The notes beneath the pieces are model-generated. The model did no database searches. It was not told the DNA's origin and was given only the letters and a program-made list of their open reading frames with translations. Below are positions 24,842 to 36,027 of a stretch of DNA of 64,000 bases, piece after piece. Source of the stretch: Anthoceros angustus (Eukaryota > Plantae > Anthocerotophyta); NCBI GenBank assembly GCA_010909165.1, contig VJWM01000068.1, positions 806,001 to 870,000 on the forward strand. Reading direction: 5' to 3'. Every line of letters begins with the position of its first letter. The stretch's first letter is position 1. The translations under genes were made by a program, and so were the position numbers.

Positions 24842-25870
24842 GATCCTCCCTCGGCCTCCAACCCTCCCGCAAAATCTCCCCTACCAGCGCAAGAACGCGT
24901 CACAGGGCCCCCTGCCACCCGGAGAAGCCCTCTCCAGCCTGCAGCCAGCCAGCTCCGAGTCCCAGCCCTGCCCCGCTCTCTTGCTCCATGCCTGCATCTC
25001 CCGGGAGCTCCAAGCCGCGGATTTTCGCGCTCCAGGGGCCGGAGCCTGCTTCCCGGCGTCTGCCGAGTCCGGCCTCCTGCAGGCCTGCCGAGCCTCGGGA
25101 ATCGGGCGGCTTGCTGACGAACTCTCCGCAGCCAGGCGCTGCCCGCGAGCCAGCCAGGAGCGAAGCACCACGCTGGCGCACGCTTTTCCTCAGCGCAGGC
25201 AAAAATAATGCAGGAACATTGAAGTCGAAGCAAACGAGTTTAGATAGCAGGCGCATCGAAGCGAGCCTAACGGTGCCAGCTATCGGCGCTAGCGCTACTG
25301 CCAGCGCCCCGTCCGGCGCCCCCAGGCTAGAGCTCCCGAGCTGGCCCGCGCAAGAAAGAGCTCGGAAATGGCGCTCCTTGGCGGGTTGCTGGCCCCCCTG
25401 TCCCTGTTTCCGCCACTTGCCCACTTGCAGCACCCGGACTATACCTGGGCTGGAGGCCATATCGGGCTGCAGCTGCAGTCCGGCGGAAAAAGTCATTCTC
25501 GCATGTAGGTAGAAGCAAAAGCGCCTCGCCTGGGCCTGGTCGCACTGGCCGTGGACTGGGCCCCACCCAGCACACGCTGCTGCACAGTGCACACCAGCCC
25601 ACCAGCCCTTCACACATTCACAGTAATACCGTGCCGACACGTGTTTTCATACTAGTTTCGTAATTTGACCTGGTCACGGGCATTTCACACATTTGACTCA
25701 CATATATCTCTTACATTCATGCTATATTATATTGTATTATTTTATATTATATTTACTTTTATCACATGTGCATATTTTTGTAGACTTTAAATGCCTAGGA
25801 GATCTTCACTACCGCTATGGTCCTTTGCTGTGGGGACTAAATCTTGTAATTCAAATCATCAAAAAATGAA

Positions 25871-27129
25871 GTAGAGTAGACGTTACTAATAGGTGAGATG
25901 GGAAATCCAATCTACCCCCGAAGTATGAGGAGGAACAACCCAAAAAGGGCTAATAGTAAAAGGGGAAGTCCTAGTCCCCTCGAATGCCTTTCCCGTAACT
26001 TTCTACTGCACCAATGATATCGTGATCAAGGATGATGAAGGGCCTACCTACCACCGGTGCCGAAAAAGCCGCTAGTCCTGCGCACGTAGCCGTCCTATAA
26101 ACAGCGTTAGCAAGCGCTTTCTGCAAAGCTATGGAAACCCGCTGGCGAAAGAAAGCCACCAAAGAGGAAAGGGAAGGCCCTCAATTCACCGGTAGCATGA
26201 TAGGCTTTTGCACACTCCTTAATTAACCTAGAAGTCCTTGCCCATAGCCCCATGAGTTTCGAGGGCGAGGGGGATGAAAGCATGGCCGTCTTGCATAGGA
26301 GAGTACTTGTGAGTCTTGCTGGCTGTGCATCCTTCCGCCGCCCAGCCCGGGTGATTGATGATGACGTGCTCGCATATATAGTCTCTTGTGGGATCCCTGA
26401 CAACCACATCAGCGATGTAAATTTGCTCCCCCCTAGTATAAAAAGGTCCCTCATCGCGGTCGAAAAGGACGCTGGTACGATTCGGAACGCCGGAATGCAA
26501 GGCCGAGTCAAAAGCCAGGAGCCTGCCCCCTTCCCCGAACAGGAACGCAGGTGGGCCCGCGAAGACCTGAGAATGGAAGAGTCCAGAAGTAGGGCCCTTT
26601 ACGCTTGTAAATATTGCTTCTCCTGGAGAGAGGCTTGAAGGCCATGCATCCCTTCCTTAGAGAAAGAGGAAAAAGGAGACATGGCTTCCCTAGCCTCTGA
26701 GGAAAGGGAGTCCTTAGCCCGCAAGGGGAAAGCCCCCTTCTCAACACTCGAGACGAAGGCTTCCAAAAGTGGGGAGTCCTGCATTAAGAACCGAGAGGCC
26801 AAAATTGGGGTAGAGAGGGCCCAACTCCCGAGGATGGCTGCTGAAGCCGAGGCCTCCATGGCCCGGCAAGCGGTGCCTCAAAGGCCAGCAATGATGCTGT
26901 TCCGCCAAGTCACCGTCGGCGCAAGGTGTCGGGACCTATAATGTCCCCAAGCGCTGCATAACACTGCTTATCAAAATGTCTCAAGCTTGATAAAAAGGCG
27001 GATGGAGCAACGTCACAGTAAGATAACTGTCAATGCGCCAGCGGGAAAACAAAATACCAAACGCAACCTGAGGGTCCCCAATATGTGAAAGGTCCCCAAT
27101 GTGAGCCACGTCTTCTTCCAGAGCCACGT
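25871..27129 (-). mobile_element. Degenerate CRE-like non-LTR retrotransposon (RT C-terminus, restriction-like endonuclease, 3' UTR)
   Basis: GDPQVAFGILF, AAILGSWA, YIADVVVRDP...KTHKY, FIPLALETHGAMG and FFRQRVSIALQKA are motifs of RLE-encoding non-LTR elements. The frame has frameshifts and stops. Confidence 0.8.
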
Positions 27130-30100
27130 TGTGGAGTGATTTTCTAAACCAAGTGGTCACAAAGAGGCCACATTTACCCTCTTTATCGTTGTAGACTTGA
27201 GATTCGTACCCAAGGGAGTGATTTCGTGTTAAGACAACCAAAACATAGCCAATCCAACCAAAACACACACCAAAACATCTAGCCATGCACTGTGCTACTA
27301 TCCTAACAACACTCGGACATGGCTATCTTAGCCACGCCTCAATTGCTACCTTAGCAACGATCTTGCCATATCTTAGCAACCACCCTCTATTTTAGCAGTG
27401 GGGTCCACCTTGGGATCGGTCGGCTATTAATAGAAGGTGGGACCCACTTGGGGATCCAAGTGGATAAGGTTGGACACCCTCTCTCTTATCTATCCACAAA
27501 GTTAGATCCACCAATCGAGTTAGCCACGTGTCACCTTTTCCACACACTATTTATGGACAACCTAAGCAGGCCCTAACCTAATCTCTAAACCTAAACCTAG
27601 GACAACTCACGGCATAAAGGGTTGCAGCTCACACAAACTACCCCTTTCTCTTGCGGCACTTCTTGAGACTTCCTTGTCTCTCCTCCAGCCTTTCAGCTCA
27701 CCTTCCAAGCTCCATAGACCTCTCCAGGCTCTCACAGCCCCTTGAGGTGCCTCTCAGTCCTCCCCACACTCTCCAAGTTTCCCCAAAGAACTCTCTTCAA
27801 CTCTCCTTGTTCTCACACCTCACCGCCCCATTCAATCTCCACTTTCACGACTCCACGGCCTCTCCGGTCCTTACAAGGTTCTCATCCAGCCCCTTACAGC
27901 ACTTCACCAACTCTCAAAATACTTGTTCACTACCTCCATCATTCCATCTCATCCACTCACGGATCTTCAACCTCCACTCACTCTCTTCTTCAGCAACACA
28001 AACATCACTTACAGACTTCTCCAGTCCTTCTTACTCCTCTCAAAACAGCCAATCAGCAACTCTCCATGTCCAGATTCTCCACTTCTCTCACAGTTCACTT
28101 TTCCTCTCATTTTCCAAACACACAAGCCCACGGGCCTCCAACTCACTTGACTTCCTTGACTTCTCCTCCACACACAGGCTCCCGCCTTGTCTTCTCCTCA
28201 CACACGGCCCCCGCCTCTCTTCTCCCAAACACCCGACCTCCAACACACGAAACTCAAAACACAAGGTGAGTACTAGACTAGGCGAAGGGAATGAGGAAGA
28301 GTGGGACAGCCTCCCGGCTTCACAACCCCTTCCTCTTGACCTTGAAACTCCTCCAAGGAGACCTCAAGGCTCCCTCCCTTGCTTTCCACCACCCTTGCGG
28401 ATCGGCCACGATCTAGGCAACTTGGTGGTCTTCTTGGCTTCTCCTGTGAGAAAACAAAGTGTCTAGACTTACAAAGACTGGATCCGTACCCCCAAACCCC
28501 GTGCTCACCCCCAAACACCAAGACCTTAAACCAACATTGCTTACATTTCATCAAGAGGGCCTCTTATACCCAAGATCACCCACAAAAGTAGCTTGGGCTT
28601 GCCAAAAATACCAATCGGTCTTAGCCTACAGTCCTAGAGGCCTATCTCTTAATTACATCCACTAAGAAGATAAGATTCTGATCTATCTATAGCACATGGG
28701 CCTCTGACTATTTGAGGTCACTTACCCCTATTATCTCTCCTAGGCCTCCTAGGCCCCATGCTCTCCTCTTGCTCTCCTCCCTCTTGGCTGGTTGGGCAAA
28801 CTCTCCCACAAAATCTCCACCTCCTCGGCTGGACTCCTCCTCTCTTGTGCTCATGATAGCCAGTACTCCTCCTCGGTGAGCTCTTGAATCCTGGATGGGT
28901 CGGTGAAAGTCTCCTCCATAAGAGTCCAACCCATAGGTAGGATCCAGTGCCCGTCAAGGCATGGATCAAGTACCTCCATGTCCCCCCACTTCCTTATTGT
29001 CCTCCTCTTGCTCTCCTCTTGCTCTCCTCCCTCTTGGTGGTCTTGGAGCCTATTACAGTTGTTGCTTCCTTAACAACAAGGTGCAGTTTTGCTTCCTTAT
29101 TGCTATCTTAGCAACAACCTCTTGCTCTCCTCCCTCTTGGCTGGTTGCTTCCTTAACAACAAGGTCCGAGTTTTGAAAATAACCCGACTTGGTTGCTACC
29201 TTAGCAACCTCCTGCCCTTGCTTCCGCGTTCACCGGCTATCTAATAGGTTCTTCCATGGGAGCCTCTGCATCTTCCACGGTGGCTCTCCTCTTGCTCTCC
29301 TCCCTCTTGGCCTCCTTCCGACTCTCTCTCCTCCTACTAGGCTCTAGTAGACTTTTCTTATTTCCTAACCTACTTCACATTCCAACTCCACACGATTCTC
29401 ACAACTTAAACACAAAACAAAAAACACTCCTTTTTAGAGGGGTGCAGTACCCATGTGGTCACCACATACTCCCTTCTCATTTGTTGGCGTCCCGCCAACT
29501 TATTAATAATACTTCTTCACGCCAACCATTGACCCGTGTTGGCGAGGTCCATCAAATTCTTTGCGGTATGGATCCATTGTCTAACACTTGCAGCACCCTG
29601 TAGGGACCCATCCATCTAAGATGCAGCTTCCTAGGGAAGTGCATGTACTGTGTCATCTGACAACGCCAAGTCCCCCAGAGCAACGTACTCTTGTTTTTGC
29701 AACTTCCAGTCATGCCATTCCTTCCTCTTCTCTTGGGCGTTACAGGGGCCAAGGCTTGTTCCTTATTCTCCATGTGCTGAACAAAGCCTATGAGCCTCTC
29801 CAACTGGCTCTCCTCCACCGTCATCCTCCTATGCTCTGGACTCTCAGCGTTGGCACTTCAAACTCAATGGGCATGGTGAGTGCCCATAGGTGAGGTAGTA
29901 GGGGGTCATTGTGTGGTCACCTTCTCCGCTGTCTGTCGCCCTGGCGCCGGTGAAGCTTCCGGTCCCAATCGTAGGTATAGGTGATGGTCAACTTGTTGAG
30001 GATCACGCAAAGCAATCCATTAGCTTTCTCGTGAGTCCATTCGCCTTGGGGTTGTAGGGGTGGTCTTCCTGGCGATGTTGAAGTACTTCACCATGTGTGA

Positions 30101-30220
30101 GATCACCTCGTTGATGAAATGGGTACCCCTGTCGCTAACCAGTTCCAACGGGCACCCGTACCTTGTGATGATGTGCTCAAACAGGAACCTGGCCCCCACA
30201 TTCGCTGTGTAAGTGTCTAA
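27130..30220 (-). mobile_element. Ty3/gypsy remnant: integrase fragment, PPT and a ~2.3-kb 3' LTR (27130-29466)
   Basis: FLFEHIITRYGCPLELVSDRGTHF (integrase); KLHLRWMGPY; purine tract GAGAAGGGAGTA followed by TGTGG. The other end is TGTGG at 27130 on the + strand, exactly where the CRE ORF is cut. Confidence 0.8.
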
Positions 30221-30389
30221 ACTCACATAAGTTGTATTTCAAATTAATTGTATGTAGAATTGAACCGTGGATACTAAGGGTGGATTGTTAAATATAATGA
30301 TATATTTGAACATTAAAAAATATTTGATTTCTTAACTGATAATTAAAACTACATCTAAACTAGTTTTGTAGCAACACTTTTTAATGTAT

Positions 30390-32215
30390 GCCAACAAAGG
30401 CTAGCCAAGTAACATTAACAACGGCGCATACTCTGCAGGATCCCTAGATACCTCCACGATGATGCGTGCCTTGCGTTCTGACTTCCCTTGGGTCATCTTG
30501 TGCTCGACTCCCAGAACGAGCTGGCATGGTGTCTTCTTTTGCTCCTGCCCCGATGGTGTCTTTATTGTTCTAGAGGTGATGTTTCTGACCATCAGGAGTC
30601 GCCAGCCACCTCCGTCGCTTTCGGGCTGGCGATTGGGCTTTTCTACAGGAGGAGGCTTTACGAGCTGCCAAGGCTCGGGCGGAATCCGCATTGCAAGTGG
30701 AATAAGCCTCGGGGGTGGCAATGAATTTGCAGCGCTGCAAGTTGTTAGGTCAAGCAGGTAAATATGTTGCGCCACTAGGGCTCTTCGCCCACTTCCTTGG
30801 GGCCCTGCTGCTGAGGAGACCATCGCTACCCTTCGCGCCCTCTATCCAGCTCCGCAGGATACCATTCCCTCGGACATATCCAACTATGTCCCTGAAGACC
30901 CTGGCAATAGACCCTGTACTACGACATCTTGGAACTCCTCTAAGAGGGCCCGTATCTGTGACTTTTACTCCAGGCTCAAAAACAGAAAACATTGCAGAAT
31001 TCACAGACTACCTAGACAGTATAAGTTCGGGGCCATGACTTGTTAAGGTTGGCTGTTCCAGACCTATTTGTCTTTCCTTCCAAGCAATCTGTTTGTTGCA
31101 CTCCTCCAGCCACTCCATACCTAGGATAACATCACAGCCTGTAGGGACCGGGGTAATTGTGCAACGGATGTAATCAAGAGAATCTCCTAGTGAAAGCGAT
31201 ATTTACTTACTTTAGCACTTGAGGGGCAGCAGACTGTTTCCCATTTGCAGAAGTCACAAAGCCAAACTGGCCTCTTGTACTCAAATCATGTCGCTTGGCG
31301 AACTCTAAGGGCATAAAATTGTAGCTTGCTCTACAATCCAGCAGAATGGTAGAAACTTTACCATCCACCCTTCCTTTCAACCTTAGTAGGTTGCAGACCC
31401 ATCTCTGTACATGGGGGACTTCTTCTGTACAAACCATGACTGCACGGGGGGCACCAAGATAACAACCGGTCCTCCCTCCCCAGCGGAGGGAGGACCGGTT
31501 GTTATCTTGGTGCCCCCAAGCGTTGCAGCTAAAACAACGCCCTCATAACTCCTGCATGCGTCCTAGTTCCATACGAACTGCCTCTGAGCTAGGGCCTGGT
31601 GTCTGCTCTTGTCGAGAAGTTCTGTCCCAGCCTTTGTCATCTATAATGCTATGATATAATGCATCTGTACGGGCTGCCATAGTCATGGCCTCCTGCAAGG
31701 TCTGACAATCCCTCAACTTCACCTCCTTACAAGATGAGAACTTCAGACCCCTGGTGTACCTATCTTGTTTCTCGTACTCGTTCATCTTTGGTATTTCCAT
31801 TACCAGCTCTAGGAATTCCCGGTTATATTCCGCAACACTTCGACACTGCACTAGTTTGTCCCTGGCTACCTCAGACCCCTCCCTTGGCACAAAAGTAGCT
31901 CATAGTTCCGTTAGAAATCCCCCCATATCCGTAAAAGCTGCAATTTGTTCAGTTCCTACCTGCTGCTGGCGTTGAAGCCACCAAGTCAAGGCGGTGCCTT
32001 GCAAAAAGCCTACTGCCACATCCACTTGTTGTGCTGCTGGTACTAGCTGTAGTCGAATGTACTTCTTCACCTAATCAATCCACCGATCAACCTGCCCATG
32101 TTAATCCCACGTTCTTCCCTCCCATCCAGATACTCGGGCTTTGCAATCTTCACACGGCCCAACCCCTCTTGTCCATGTTGAGGACTTGCCGGCCCTCGAG
32201 AACACTAATCAATGC
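30390..32215 (-). mobile_element. Ty3/gypsy gag-protease remnant
   Basis: FLQGTALTWW, QCRSVAEYNREF, YTRGLK, MELG, zinc knuckle CFSCNAWGH, protease LLDCRASYNF and DVILGMEWL, with stops. Confidence 0.85.
31447..31517. repeat. Perfect inverted repeat, 33-bp stem and 5-nt loop
   Basis: GGGGGCACCAAGATAACAACCGGTCCTCCCTCC-ccagc-GGAGGGAGGACCGGTTGTTATCTTGGTGCCCCC. Confidence 0.97.
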
Positions 32216-32809
32216 TTAATTGATGTAAGCGCTTTGGATTAATTAACACCAATTACTTAATTAGATTAGTGCCACACGGCATGACAAAGGGGATGGAAAG
32301 TAGCGTAAGCTATTGTATGCTATGTACTCACCCAAATGGTTAGTAAGAAGGTGTGTTAGATAGTTCTTGTGCAAGTTTATGAACCCTAACTTTTTTGGAA
32401 AAAAGAAACCTTCAAAACTGTGAAAACTAAAGAAAAAACTTGGTTTCTGCAACCAAAAAAAAAAAAAAACCATTTTCAGCCTAGTCATTCTGGGGTTAAT
32501 GAATGGCACGCGCAAAGCAAAGGGAAAAGCTACAAAATGGAAAAACATACGAGGTAGGGCTCTGTGAGCACCTTGAATCTTCAAGTCTTCAAATTCTTTT
32601 AGTTTTAAAATGGGCCAAGACTAGGTAGTGTATAACTACACATTTAATCAGGGGGCTACTTGCTAGCTGAACTAAATTTGCAACTTTTGTTGTTCTTAAG
32701 CAGTGAGAAATCATAAATCTTCACCAAAAAACCTTCAAATCAAAACAGAACACACACACACACACACATAGGGAGTGAGTGAGTTGAAGGAGTATAAAAA
32801 GAAAAAACC

Positions 32810-34499
32810 AGAGAACAAAACAAAACAAAAGCAGAAATAGAAAGCGATGATTACCTCTTGCACCTCCAGCTTGTGTCTCAATCTATGTGTGTATGTCTCT
32901 TAAGACAAGAGTGTTGGACGAGTGGAGCTATCAGCATGTTCTCTTGCACCCCAAGCATTTGCTTCTACACCATTGCCCAAGCATTTGCTTCTACACCATT
33001 GCCCAAGCATTTGCTTCTACACCATTGCCCAAGCATTTGCTCGTACATGAAAATCATTAGATTATTGTCATGGACTATCCTAAAGCATATTATTGGTGCT
33101 TATCCACTTAGCTATCGCTAAACATGTTTGCGCGACCTCCGCTTGTCCAATCCTTTCGGTAAAGCCTTTTCTAACCGCGCAATCCGCTTGGAGGCGACAA
33201 CATGCAAGCCTCCTCCCGTCGATCTCGGACTCGCCCATCCTAGTCTCAGCGTTGTTGCCCTTGCCTAGCTCGTGTTGGATCTCTGGCCGACCGCCTCCTC
33301 AATCACTATCACAGGCAACGCTAGCTCCCGCCTCCGGTACTAAGGCCAAGGTGGCGGCGTGCTCTAGCGGGGCCCAGGTAATCACTATGAGACGGAACTA
33401 TCGTGCGGCATCGCCATGATAGAGGACTTCGACAACGGAAAAGGATTGCTCCTACCCCTTATTAAGAGTCCAAGCCGGCCCTCCACTCCGCCACCAATCC
33501 TAGCCACACGCTCGGTGCTCTTGTCTCCATGGACTATTGGGAGGAGTTGCATACGCATGTATAGCTGCTTGAGAAGGAGCCCACCCCATAATATCCCGTG
33601 TGGGCGTCCTTCCTTTGGAATGTGTCCAAATTCAAGCCGTAAGAGAACAAAACAAAACAAAAGCGAAATAGAAAGCGATGATTACCTCTTGCACCTCGAC
33701 TTGTCTCAATCTATGTGTGTATGTCTCTTAAGACAAGAGTGTTGGACGAGTGGAGCTATCGATGTTCTCTTGCACCCCAAGCATTTGCTTCTACACCATT
33801 GCCCAAGCATTTGCTTCTACACCATTGCCCAAGCATTTGCTTCTACACCATTGCCCAAGCATTTGCTCGTACATGAAAATCATTAGATTATTGTCATGGA
33901 CTATCCTAAAGCATATTATTGGTGCTTATCCACTTAGCTATCGCTAAACATGTTTGCAGCGCAGCCTCCAGTTGTCCAATCCTTTCAGCCGAAGCCTTTT
34001 CTAACCGCGCAATCCGCTTGTCGGAGGCTGACAACAGCTGTGCAAGCCTCCTCCCGTCGATCTCGGACTCGCCCATCCTAGTCTCAGCGTTGTTGCCCTT
34101 GCCTAGCTCGTGTTGGATCTCTAGCTGTCGACCGCTCCTCCGGAATCACTATCACAGGCAACGCTAGCTCCCGCTCTCCAGGTACTAAGGCCAAGGTGGC
34201 GGCGTGCTCTAGCGGGACTGGGTAATCACTATGAGACGGAACTATCGTACGGCATCGCCATGATAGAGGGACTTCGACAACGGAAAAGGATTGCTCCTAC
34301 CCCCTTATTAAGAGTCCAAGCTGGCCCTCCACTTCCGCCACCAATCCTAGCCACACGCTCAGGTGCTCTTGTCTCCATGGACTATTGGGAGGGAGTTGCA
34401 TACGCATGTATAGCTGCTTGAGAAGGAGCCCACCCCATAATATCCCGTGTGGGCGTCCTTCCTTTGGAATGTGTCCAAATTCCAAGCCGTAAGAGAACA
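32810..34499. repeat. Tandem duplication (~832/850 bp), each copy with three-plus 26-bp units CCAAGCATTTGCTTCTACACCATTGC
   Basis: Copies start at 32810 and 33642 with AGAGAACA and differ by many small indels. Confidence 0.92.
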
Positions 34500-34740
34500 G
34501 CTGTCGTAGATTTTCTCTTGATGGTGGGAATTCTGCCGTGATCCTTCTAAATAGGGCCAACAGCTCTTACCAATCTCCGGGAAGCGCAGGAAGGTCAAGG
34601 TCTCTATAATCGCTCCGGGGCTGATGCAGGTTGTGCGGCTCCATCGTCCTGAACAAAGGACATGGCTTTGATACCAGTTGTCACAGCAGCTATGCCAGGG
34701 ATTGAAACCCTAAGACCACCTCCCCGTCCATGGCCAGGCC
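33642..34740 (-). mobile_element. LTR-retrotransposon 5' region: LTR end, tRNA-Met primer-binding site (34661-34676) and a decayed ORF
   Basis: The minus strand reads ...CTGTGACA AC TGGTATCAAAGCC ATG, i.e. an LTR ending in CA followed by a near-canonical iMet PBS. Confidence 0.65.
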
Positions 34741-35759
34741 TTGCATATTTATGATCTCAGCCGCAATCTATGGTGGGATTACATAGATTTTTTTGGCATA
34801 TGCTGATGCGAATGGGATAGCTTAGGAATATGTTGATGCCAACGGCTAGTATATTTAGACCCTTTGCAGAGGACAAGCTCAGATCATAGCTTGTCCTCTA
34901 GGTATGTAATACAAGAGTGTTGTGAGGAGGCCAAAGTTATGACTACGAGAGCGATTTGTGAGAAATTTGCGTGTTGTTCTCGTGCCACGACGTGCGAGCT
35001 ACTCTCTTATATTCTTATTGGTTTGCACCTATATATCCATATATTTGTTTTGCTTGGTTGTCTGTAGAGGAAGTGCTCATGTGAATGGAAGTGCTTATCC
35101 CGTGCAACACCTTGTCTGTCAAGTATCAAAATCCATTTGTTTCTTTTCATCCCATTCCATATGAAGATATCAAAATCCATGGTCTACGAAGTTGGCTCAA
35201 TGAAAAAAAGGTTCTTGGCCAAGTGACTACACAACAAACCAAAGGGCGTTCATTACCTCAAAAAAAAGAACAGATGCAAGCTTAATCGATTGCCTTGGCT
35301 TCACAACTTCCGGCCATGGCCAAACCAAACTAACCACAAGTCTAACTACAGCCAGGTCCACACCACACAGCCACTTTGTGGACGACTTTTAAGTTCTGCG
35401 CGTGGGCCTATGGGCGAAGAACGTGAAGGCTCGTGGAACTTAGTTTGAGCACTCGCTGCTAAACAATATCTACGGGTAAGGTGTTTCAAAAGTTTGTCTA
35501 ATGTTATTGGGTCATAATAGTAATATTTTAAATAAAAATAATGAAAGAAATACCTAAAAAAATACATGTGACCCAATTCGGAATGGACGCATGCAGATCA
35601 TTCTAAAACTTTGAAGTATCCGTTTCATCTTGTTGGGTCATTTGCAACAGCCAGACTCGCAGACTTTTCAATATGTACACAGTAAGGATGCAACGAATGT
35701 GATGCCCACTGGCCTGTATGCGATCAGCTCTCATTCTGGAGGACCATTTTGCATCCTGG

Positions 35760-36027
35760 CCTTCTACAGGAGCATTTTGAATCCTTCTGTTTCGTTGCTG
35801 GACTTGAAGTGTGTGTCCGTCTAGCAAGAGCGACAATCGGCAGAAACCTGGAGATAGTTCACAATGGTGTAGGGTTCACCTGTTTCGGGCACATGCCATC
35901 ACAGCTCACTGACGGGCGCACAGAGATCTCCTTTGCCAGTACGAGATCTACCTGCCGATGATAAGTCAGGTTGTGTAACATGTTCTTCTGTCTTCATTTT
36001 GGAAAATGCCTTTCTCAGCCTTGCTTG
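35760..36027 (-). pseudogene. Out-of-frame decayed DYW deaminase domain behind the PPR gene
   Basis: QARLRKAFSKMK...PDLS...LCAPVSEL*WHVPETGEPYTIVNYLQVSADCRSC*, then KDSKCSCR in another frame. This follows DYW motif order: LCxHSEKLA, GTPIRIxKNLRVCxDCH, DGxCSC. Confidence 0.7.

Noticed and set aside
24134-25640. 222-333-aa ORFs over and upstream of the U-box gene
   Set aside because: They are antisense shadows and GC-rich leader sequence without domain motifs.
27651-28466. 271-aa Ser/Leu/His-rich ORF
   Set aside because: It comes from CT-rich low-complexity sequence inside the LTR.
32949-33870. 26-bp repeats as a CRISPR array
   Set aside because: The units are head-to-tail with no spacers, there are no cas genes, and the context is a eukaryotic retroelement.
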